From Xylanibacter ruminicola 23 (GTDB taxonomy: Bacteria > Bacteroidota > Bacteroidia > Bacteroidales > Bacteroidaceae): a stretch of DNA of 32,000 nucleotides. The DNA lies in contig NC_014033.1 of the NCBI RefSeq assembly GCF_000025925.1, positions 1,260,001 to 1,292,000 on the forward strand, written 5' to 3'. Below, in pieces: positions 9,361 to 16,309 of this stretch. Made by a program: the position numbers and the translations under genes. The notes under the pieces are model-generated. The model was not told the origin of the DNA and ran no database searches. It saw only the letters and a list, made by a program, of their open reading frames with translations. Positions within the stretch are counted from its first letter, which is position 1; the number at the start of each line of letters is the position of its first letter.

Positions 9361-11424
9361 TTAGTTTTTGAATTTTACTTTCAGTCCTACCACCAGCATG
9401 CGTCCTGGTGTGTATAGCGCATACTTGCGCGTAGAAGAGTCTAAGCGACGGTCAACCTTATCGAAGATATTATCTACACCGATGCTAGGCTCCAGATAAG
9501 CCCACTTGGCCACATCAAAGGCATGCGTGGTATGCAGGTTCCACAAACCGAAACCAGGCGCATCTTCATAACTGCCCGTATAATAAGTCTTCGACTGCAA
9601 TCGTCCATTCAGGTTCACGGTGAGTGCATATTTGCCCCAGGCATGATGGTAGTTGGCTGCCACCGTAGCAGCGTGGCGCATACTGCGCTCCAGCACCGTC
9701 CACACCTCACCACTATGGGTGCGGGTATACGTATAAACATAGTTGACTGAGAGGTTGAAACCACTGAAGAGATTAGCCGACACATTCATCTGCACACCCT
9801 TCACGTCGCCTTTATCACTGTTCTGATACAGGGCGTAGCTCACCATCTTGTCGGCCTGGTCCTGTGTCATCTCCGGGAATTCTGTCATGAGCATCTGCCT
9901 ACTGGCATCATCCACATCCACATTCTGTTTCACCACCATATCGTTGATACGGTTCAGATAGCCCGTCACACTCACAGCCAGAGCCTGTGTACGATATTCA
10001 GCATTCAGTGCGAAGTAGTTGCTCTTCTCAGGCTTCAGGTCCTGATTGCCAAAGCTGATCTGTGCCTTACCACGATTCACTGAGAAATAGTGGTAGTAGA
10101 GTTCATCGAGCCCAGGTGCACGGAAACCGGCAGAGTAAGTAGCTCGGAATCTGAAGTTTCCCGGTGCATACATCAGTGTGGCTTTTGGTGTGAGATGCTG
10201 GTCAAACGTCTCATGATGCGTCAGTCGCAATCCCAGTGTCGCCGTCAGGTTCTTCAGCAGCGTCATCTCGTGCTGGGCATAGGCAGCGAGCGAATACACA
10301 TGACTGTCGATATTACCGCTGGTGGCATTGAGATACTCCTTGCGCCAGTCGGCACCGAAGATGGTGGTAGAGTGCGCTGTCAGTCCCAGGATGGCTTTCA
10401 ACTGTCCCTCCATCATGCGCTGCTTCTTCGACTGCACGTAGTCGCCAATGGCATTGGTCTTCGTGGCCACATCATACTCCTTGCCATAACGGAAACGGTC
10501 CACCACGAAATCGGCCTGAATCGAGTTCTTGGCCGTAAACTTATAGATTCCGCCCACGTTCCATCGCAGTCCTTTGTAGCGCATCTCGTAGTCGGTACCG
10601 CCAGTGATATCGCTGCGTGTTTCTGGGCGATCGGTTATCTTATATGAATAGTCTATACCCGCATTCAGCGCCAAATGCTTATTGGGGGTATAAGTAAATT
10701 TCTGTCCGATGATATCAGAGCGATAGCCGGTGAACAGCGGGGCTATCGACGCCTGAGTTTCTGTGTCGGAACCTTTCACCAGTTCCAGGTCGTTGTTACG
10801 ATAACTGTCGGCCCTATCATGCATGAACGAGGTGTAGGAACCGAAGCCATTCTTGAAGATGTCGAGACCAACCGACTCTGTGAGCACGCCATGCCCCGAC
10901 ACACGCGTGTCGCTGCTGACGCTCATCATATCCTGTGTAGGCTGATCGGTGATGATATTGATGACACCCGCGATGGCATCACTACCATAGAGTGACGAGG
11001 CAGCCCCATCAAGCACCTCGATACGTTTTACGCGCGACATGTTGATACGATTCAGATCCACATTGTTTGAGATGTCGCCCGATAGTTTCTGACCGTTTAT
11101 CAGAATCAGGATGTATTTATTGCCAAGTCCGTTCAGTCTGAGGAAGCTCCCCATGCTGCTGGGAGCCATCGATGCCTGCGGCATCATGCGTGTGAGTGCG
11201 CCGTCGAAGGTCGTGATACCTTGTTCACGCATCTCCTGACTGGAGAGCACTCTTACTGGTGTGGCTGTTGATTTCAGGCGCTGGTGATGACCAGAGCCAG
11301 TGACAACCACAGGATTTAGGTTATACGAACGACGGACAGCATTCGAGTCCGTCTTATGAATTTGTGAAAAGGCGGTACTCCCCGAAAGGAGTACCACCAG
11401 GAACGAGAAATATTTAATCCTCAT
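9361..11424 (-). CDS. TonB-dependent outer-membrane transporter (BtuB-size, second copy in the operon)
   Basis: 687-aa ORF with a signal peptide (MRIKYFSFLVVLLSGSTAFSQ). Plug-domain motifs are LNGLGNKYILILINGQKL and GAASSLYGSDAIAGVINIIT. The beta-barrel C-terminus ends ...LKVKFKN. Confidence 0.9.
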   Translation of the reverse strand: MRIKYFSFLVVLLSGSTAFSQIHKTDSNAVRRSYNLNPVVVTGSGHHQRLKSTATPVRVLSSQEMREQGITTFDGALTRMMPQASMAPSSMGSFLRLNGLGNKYILILINGQKLSGDISNNVDLNRINMSRVKRIEVLDGAASSLYGSDAIAGVINIITDQPTQDMMSVSSDTRVSGHGVLTESVGLDIFKNGFGSYTSFMHDRADSYRNNDLELVKGSDTETQASIAPLFTGYRSDIIGQKFTYTPNKHLALNAGIDYSYKITDRPETRSDITGGTDYEMRYKGLRWNVGGIYKFTAKNSIQADFVVDRFRYGKEYDVATKTNAIGDYVQSKKQRMMEGQLKAILGLTAHSTTIFGADWRKEYLNATSGNIDSHVYSLAAYAQHEMTLLKNLTATLGLRLTHHETFDQHLTPKATLMYAPGNFRFRATYSAGFRAPGLDELYYHYFSVNRGKAQISFGNQDLKPEKSNYFALNAEYRTQALAVSVTGYLNRINDMVVKQNVDVDDASRQMLMTEFPEMTQDQADKMVSYALYQNSDKGDVKGVQMNVSANLFSGFNLSVNYVYTYTRTHSGEVWTVLERSMRHAATVAANYHHAWGKYALTVNLNGRLQSKTYYTGSYEDAPGFGLWNLHTTHAFDVAKWAYLEPSIGVDNIFDKVDRRLDSSTRKYALYTPGRMLVVGLKVKFKN

Positions 11425-11443
11425 TTAACAAAACTAATCTTAA

Positions 11444-12604
11444 TTATTCGGCAGCTGTTGTAGGAGTCGAGAGGGCGTCGTCGGTGCCCAGCTTGGCGAT
11501 AGCCTCACGGGTGTGGTTCATCCACAACTTGCGCACGGCACTACGCTCAGCCAGTCCGGGGATATACTCCTCGCCGCTCTTATACTTCTTCCAGCAAGCC
11601 TCAGTGTAGTTGGTCTCATAGGCAGCAGTCTCAATGCCTGCAGCATTAAACATAGAGAACCAGCTTTCATCATCCTCATCATCAGCCATATCGTTGTGGG
11701 CGTGATCACCGGCGATACTCATCAGCACAAACAGCTGAGCCTTCTTGCTTGCATTCTCAGGATAAGATATGGTCTTGGTTACATCGCCAATCTGATAGTC
11801 GAATGTGCCACCAGCAATGTGGTTAAGAACATCCTCGGCATAAGTCTCGTCCATATCAACGGTACCTACATAGAAGTTAGGATTGATTTCGCGCAGATAC
11901 TCCTCGAGCTGCAGGTAGCGCACGTTACCACCATAGTAGTCGTAACCCTCTGGATTACCATGACCCATGAAAGCCACGATACCCTGAGCCACAGCGGCCT
12001 TCACGTCAGCCTCGTTGTTCAGTGTGGTAGCCAGTGTCTTGGCGTCGCTCTCCTCAGCCATCAGTGGGGTACCTACAACCACCTGGCGGTCCAGACTCTT
12101 CATGTAAGCATCAGTGAAGTCACCATTACGGTTGTTCATAAAGTCCTTCACATAGCTGTCGCGCACACGGCGATACTCTTCACCAGGGATTACCTGCAGC
12201 GACTGTACCACCACCTGCTTGTAACCAGCCAGACCGATAGCGGTGAGCCAGTGCTCGGGGTCGTAATAGTCCTTAGGTTCCACATTCTCACCCGCACGGG
12301 CATTGTTGATACAGATGGCCGAAGAGAATGAGAGATATACATCCCATCCACCGAACTGAGCCTTGTAGTCATCCACCACCTTATCAAAGGTGTCATAGGC
12401 CTGTTCCCAGGTAGAACCGAAGGCTACCAGCAGGATCACCTTGTCACTCTTCTTCTGTGCATTCACTGTCTGGTTCACAGCCTGCTGATACCTGTCATAG
12501 TTCGACTGTGTTGATTTGTTGTCATCATCGCTGTCGCAAGCTGTAAACAGTGCGCTGCCCACTACTGTCAGCATGGCCAGCATCAAAAACTTAATCTGTT
12601 TCAT
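11444..12604 (-). CDS. Lipoprotein homologue of sirohydrochlorin cobaltochelatase CbiK (class II chelatase fold), predicted exported and surface-exposed
   Basis: 386-aa ORF with a lipoprotein signal (MKQIKFLMLAMLTVVGSALFTA|C) followed by an acidic run (CDSDDDNK). CbiK-like blocks run the whole length: VILLVAFGST, VVVQSLQVIPGEEY, VAFMGHGNPEG, LMSIAGDHAHNDMADDEDDESWFSMFNAAGIE, IPGLAERSAVRKLW. Confidence 0.85.
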   Translation of the reverse strand: MKQIKFLMLAMLTVVGSALFTACDSDDDNKSTQSNYDRYQQAVNQTVNAQKKSDKVILLVAFGSTWEQAYDTFDKVVDDYKAQFGGWDVYLSFSSAICINNARAGENVEPKDYYDPEHWLTAIGLAGYKQVVVQSLQVIPGEEYRRVRDSYVKDFMNNRNGDFTDAYMKSLDRQVVVGTPLMAEESDAKTLATTLNNEADVKAAVAQGIVAFMGHGNPEGYDYYGGNVRYLQLEEYLREINPNFYVGTVDMDETYAEDVLNHIAGGTFDYQIGDVTKTISYPENASKKAQLFVLMSIAGDHAHNDMADDEDDESWFSMFNAAGIETAAYETNYTEACWKKYKSGEEYIPGLAERSAVRKLWMNHTREAIAKLGTDDALSTPTTAAE

Positions 12605-14705
12605 TGTTGTTGTAATTAAAATTAGACTTAAACTTATTTGATAGTTTCTTACCTTGATTGAATCTCAGCGTGAGCGAGGCATAGATAGTTCTGCCTGGCG
12701 AGGTGGTGCCCAAATGCAGTCCGTGAGGCGTGCGGTCCACGAAATCAAAGATGTTGTCGATACCGGCATCCACTTTCAGCAGTCGGCCTATCTGATGATT
12801 GGTTGAGAGTCGCCACAATTGATAACCCTTGCCGTCGCCGTCTATCTGATAGTAGCGCTTACTGCTCAAGCGTCCGTAGATACCCACGCCCAACTGGTAT
12901 TTCTTTGAGAACTGATGATTCCAGGTGGCATATACGTTAGCCTTGTGATGCGCCATACCGTCGATGGTCACCTTCTGCATCACGTCGTTCTCAGTGTCAT
13001 ACTGGTTGGCTTCGGTGTCCAGATAGCTGTAGCTACCACCAGCGGTGAAGTGCTTACCCTGATAGCGCACGGTGAAATCCACGCCATAGGTCTTGGCATC
13101 TTCCATATTCTGATATTGACGCACACGGATGGGGTCGTATTTCGTAATCAGTTCGCCCGGAGCCTGCTTGGTAGGTATGGTCACCAGCGTGATCATGCGG
13201 TCCACCTTATTAATATAAGGCGCCAAGGTCAGCGTCAGGTGCCCGATGGTATATTCCACGCTGGCACCGAAATAATTCGAGGTCTGTGCCTTCAGGTCTT
13301 CATTGCCCAGGTAGAGATACACACCATTCATATTCTTGATATACTGATAGTGCAACTCCTTAGGCGTAGGTGTCTTGTAACCCTGACTCCAGGTGGCTCG
13401 CAGTCGCAGGTCGCCCAACTTCAGCATGGCTGACAGTTTGGGTGTCAGTCGGGTGCCGAATCCCTCATTGCGGGTCAGTCGCAAACCGCCTGTGATGTGG
13501 AGTGGATCCAGCAGTGCCCACTCGTCCTGCACATACAGTGCTTCGGTATTGTCAGTCGCTTTTCCGCCAGCCACACGCATCGGCGCTTTCAACCAGTCGT
13601 AGCGATACTCCAGTCCGGCACTCAACTGCTGCTCATAGGGCAACGCAAAGATTCCTTTCAGCGAGATGTTAGTCAGTCGCTGGTCGCTCTGCAGTTCCTT
13701 ATCACCGGGGAAGTAAGGGAAATAATTGGTAAAACGGCCGTTCACATAGCCATCCGTCAGCGTGGTGTCGGTATAGGCGTAGTTATAGGCATGCTTCTTC
13801 CAGTCGGCATCCAGCGTAATCACGTCGGTCTTGTTCAGCTTCCACTTACCACCTACTGACGCCGACGCATTGTTGTACTGCAGATCCCATGTCTTCACGT
13901 CCACACCGGGATGATGACCGCAGGGGCGATAGATGCGCTTCCAGTAGATGCTACCGTCGGCATAGAGTTCGATGGCAGGCGTGAGCTGATAAGTCAGTCG
14001 CTCAGCTATCTGCCAGTTGGTATGCCGGTTCACCGTCTTGTTGCGCGAGTCGGTGATGTGGTATTCCGTTTGTTGGATAGCTTCCTCGGCGGTGTTCTGC
14101 CAACCGTCGGAGTGCTGCAATTGGAAGTTGGTGTAGCTCGACAGTTTACCATAGTTGAGCGCCACGCCGTTATGCTGCCTGATGTCGCCATAAGTGCCTA
14201 CGCGCGTGGTGTTCTCCACCATCACGCCCTGTTCGCGATGCTTGCGGGTGATGATATTGATCACACCAGCTATCGCATCACTGCCATAGAGGGCACTCGA
14301 GGCACCCTTCACGATTTCTATCTTCTCGATATTATGCGGGTCGATAAGACTCAGGTCGTTCTCGCCACCATTATCACCATGCAGGCGCCTACCGTCTATC
14401 AGTATCAGCACATACGCGTTGCCCAGACCATTCATCTGCAGTCTGCTACTCATATCGTTCTCGCTGAAATCGAACGATGCCGTGAGTCCCGACAGGATAT
14501 CCTCGATACTCTTGCCGGCATACTGCTGCAACTGCCGGCGACTGATTACTTCGGTCTGCACGGGCGCATCTTTCAGCAGGTGCTGCGTACCAGTACCTGT
14601 CACCACCACCTCCTGCAAACTATCAGCACGCCAAATGTCGGTCTGGGCATTTGCACCAATAGCAAGCAAACTCAGGCCTATTGCCAATTGCTTCCCTAGT
14701 TTCAT
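12591..14705 (-). CDS. TonB-dependent outer-membrane transporter (BtuB-like, first gene after the B12 riboswitch)
   Basis: I place the start at the ATG at 14705 (MKLGKQLAIGLSLLAIGANAQ signal peptide). The track's TTG start at 14768 would lie immediately adjacent to the riboswitch. Plug motifs are MNGLGNAYVLILIDGRRL and GASSALYGSDAIAGVINIIT. The barrel strand ...IYASLTLRF is followed by a 22-aa tail. Confidence 0.9.
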   Translation of the reverse strand: MKLGKQLAIGLSLLAIGANAQTDIWRADSLQEVVVTGTGTQHLLKDAPVQTEVISRRQLQQYAGKSIEDILSGLTASFDFSENDMSSRLQMNGLGNAYVLILIDGRRLHGDNGGENDLSLIDPHNIEKIEIVKGASSALYGSDAIAGVINIITRKHREQGVMVENTTRVGTYGDIRQHNGVALNYGKLSSYTNFQLQHSDGWQNTAEEAIQQTEYHITDSRNKTVNRHTNWQIAERLTYQLTPAIELYADGSIYWKRIYRPCGHHPGVDVKTWDLQYNNASASVGGKWKLNKTDVITLDADWKKHAYNYAYTDTTLTDGYVNGRFTNYFPYFPGDKELQSDQRLTNISLKGIFALPYEQQLSAGLEYRYDWLKAPMRVAGGKATDNTEALYVQDEWALLDPLHITGGLRLTRNEGFGTRLTPKLSAMLKLGDLRLRATWSQGYKTPTPKELHYQYIKNMNGVYLYLGNEDLKAQTSNYFGASVEYTIGHLTLTLAPYINKVDRMITLVTIPTKQAPGELITKYDPIRVRQYQNMEDAKTYGVDFTVRYQGKHFTAGGSYSYLDTEANQYDTENDVMQKVTIDGMAHHKANVYATWNHQFSKKYQLGVGIYGRLSSKRYYQIDGDGKGYQLWRLSTNHQIGRLLKVDAGIDNIFDFVDRTPHGLHLGTTSPGRTIYASLTLRFNQGKKLSNKFKSNFNYNNNETD

Positions 14706-14770
14706 TACTATCAAATTATCACAACCGCTAACTCCTGAACGGTCTAAAGTTAAATTGTCAATCTTCAATT

Positions 14771-14945
14771 GACATTCGGCAGGTCTTCTGACTTTCCTCA
14801 GTCTGTCTTACCTTCCCGAGCCTGTGGCTCAGTGGCGTTATACAGGCAAACCCTTTTTGCGAGGATTACAGCTGCAGGTACAGTTACGGATTCTCACCGT
14901 ATTCCCTTTTCATCGTAGTGGCATCGGCCACCAGATGACCTTATT
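14771..14945 (-). promoter_or_regulatory. Cobalamin (B12) riboswitch
   Basis: The reverse complement reads ...GGUGGCCGAUGCCACUACGAUGAAAAGGGAAUACGGUGAGAAUCCGUAACUGUACCUGCAGCUGUAAUCC...CGCCACUGAGCCACAGGCUCGGGAAGGUAAGACAGACUGAGGAAAGUCAGAAGACCUGCCGAAUGUC. It contains the conserved GGGAA..GGUG..AAUCC core, GCCACUG, GGGAAGG and the B12 box AGUCAGAAGACCUGCC. It sits directly upstream of a TonB-dependent transporter. Confidence 0.92.
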
Positions 14946-14952
14946 TTGGCGA

Positions 14953-14960
14953 CAAAGGTA
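14953..14960 (-). promoter_or_regulatory. Candidate -7 promoter box (TACCTTTG on the minus strand) driving the riboswitch operon
   Basis: Plus-strand caaaggta is the reverse complement of TAnnTTTG. It lies just upstream of the first riboswitch stem. Confidence 0.5.
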
Positions 14961-15002
14961 CAACTTTTTTCGGTTAACCACACATATTTAGCAGAAAATT
15001 TA

Positions 15003-15010
15003 TATATTTG
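15003..15010 (+). promoter_or_regulatory. Candidate -7 promoter box (TATATTTG) for the cbiA operon
   Basis: Matches TAnnTTTG, 22 nt upstream of the ATG at 15032. It is divergent from the riboswitch promoter 43 nt away. Confidence 0.5.
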
Positions 15011-15031
15011 CACCCAAATCAACTTCAGAAG

Positions 15032-16309
15032 ATGTCGAACAAGACAGCGTTTATGATAGCAGCACCCACCAGTGGTTCAGGCAAGACAACCATTGCCCGA
15101 GGCCTGATGCAGTGGTTCACCCAGAACGGTTACCGGGTGCAGCCCTTCAAGTGCGGGCCCGATTATATCGACACTAAATTCCACACAGCTGTCTGTGGGC
15201 ACCCGTCGGTCAATCTCGATACCTTTATGACTACGCCCGCACACGTACGCGCGCTATTTGCGCACTACGGGACTGATGCTGACATCTGTATCGTCGAAGG
15301 TATGATGGGCCTTTATGATGGCTACGATCGCGAACTGGGTTCGTCGTACGACATCGCCCGCGTGCTTGATATTCCCGTGATTCTGGTGGTCGATGCTAAA
15401 TCGGCAGCCTACTCGATGACAGCCCTCTTATCGGGCTTTATCCACTTCCGCGGCGACGTTCGTATCGCTGGTATAATATTTAACAAAGTTGGTTCGCAGC
15501 GCCACTTCAACATGCTGCGCGAAGTGTGCGATGAGCTCCATGTCAAGTGCCTGGGCTACCTGCCTAAATCGCCCGACCTGGAGCAAAATTCACGCTATCT
15601 GGGGCTCGATTTCTCACAACTACCCGAGTCAGACCAGTTGACTGCCCTTTTAGAGGAGAATATCGACCTCCCATCTCTCAAAAGTCTCACTACCACGCTC
15701 CATGACGAGGTAAAGTCCCAAACAAGAAACTGCGAGTTCCGGCATCTGGAAACGAAAACGCTTATAGCCAGGAATCATGAAAGTTTTTCGTTCATCTATC
15801 AGGAGACTTTAGACCAGTTTGGCGACGTCATTTTCTTCGATCCTGAGAAAGATGTGCCAACTTTTGATGGCATCGACCTGCTCTATCTGCCAGGCGGTTA
15901 TCCTGAGAAGCACCTGGAGGCATTAGTGCCCAATCAGGCTTGTCTGCATGCTATCAAAAAATTTGCGGAAGATGGCGGCAGGATTGTTGCCGAATGTGGC
16001 GGTATGATGTACCTCTGTCAAGCCATCATTACCGACGATGGAAGTTTCCCCATGTGCGGTGTACTGCCCTACTCGATCACTGCCCGCAAAGCTGATCGCA
16101 AGCTGTCCTTAGGCTACCGCCAGTTCACCCTCGATGGCAAGACCTATCGAGGGCACGAATTCCATTACACGCAATTCATCGGCGATACCCCTGAGAGTAT
16201 CACCCAAGTCTATAACGCTAAAGGTGAGCCTGTACCAACGCCAATTTTCAGATATCACAACGTACTAGCCAGCTACACGCACCTTTATCAAATACCCAGC
16301 ATCCTATGA
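15032..16309 (+). CDS. cbiA: Cobyrinate a,c-diamide synthase
   Basis: I place the start at the ATG at 15032 (MSNKTAFMIAAPTSGSGKTT); the track's TTG start at 15008 overlaps the promoter box. It shows PFKCGPDYID and a C-terminal GATase domain (ECGGMMYL ... GHEFHY). The stop overlaps the next ATG (ATGA). Confidence 0.92.
   Translation: MSNKTAFMIAAPTSGSGKTTIARGLMQWFTQNGYRVQPFKCGPDYIDTKFHTAVCGHPSVNLDTFMTTPAHVRALFAHYGTDADICIVEGMMGLYDGYDRELGSSYDIARVLDIPVILVVDAKSAAYSMTALLSGFIHFRGDVRIAGIIFNKVGSQRHFNMLREVCDELHVKCLGYLPKSPDLEQNSRYLGLDFSQLPESDQLTALLEENIDLPSLKSLTTTLHDEVKSQTRNCEFRHLETKTLIARNHESFSFIYQETLDQFGDVIFFDPEKDVPTFDGIDLLYLPGGYPEKHLEALVPNQACLHAIKKFAEDGGRIVAECGGMMYLCQAIITDDGSFPMCGVLPYSITARKADRKLSLGYRQFTLDGKTYRGHEFHYTQFIGDTPESITQVYNAKGEPVPTPIFRYHNVLASYTHLYQIPSIL

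Noticed and set aside
11513-14699. Long plus-strand ORFs of 272 aa (11513-12331), 172 aa (12915-13433), 120 aa (13497-13859) and 262 aa (13911-14699)
   Set aside because: All are antisense to the CbiK-like lipoprotein or TonB-dependent transporter genes. They are low-complexity, His/Val/Leu-rich translations. The sense frames carry the diagnostic motifs.
14706-14768. N-terminal extension of the first TonB-dependent transporter (the track's start at 14768, MKIDNLTLDRSGVSGCDNLIV...)
   Set aside because: The start codon is TTG and the extension begins only 3 nt from the 3' end of the riboswitch. The ATG at 14705 gives a canonical signal peptide.
14861-14875. Sequence CCTCGCAAAAAGG in the riboswitch resembling the CTCGCAAAGCGAG core of the 39-nt repeat module, considered as a possible trans-pairing site
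   Set aside because: The similarity is same-sense and only about 8 nt long. Any complementarity is limited to a trivial 5-bp GCGAG/CUCGC match, so there is no support for a specific interaction.
15008-15031. TTG-initiated extension of cbiA; similar non-ATG extensions occur at 23975 (cobU), 24508 (cobT), 29808 (rubrerythrin-like) and 31703-31747 (ybjQ)
   Set aside because: Each extension uses a non-ATG start codon or overlaps a promoter box or the upstream gene. In every case an in-frame ATG begins the conserved N-terminus.
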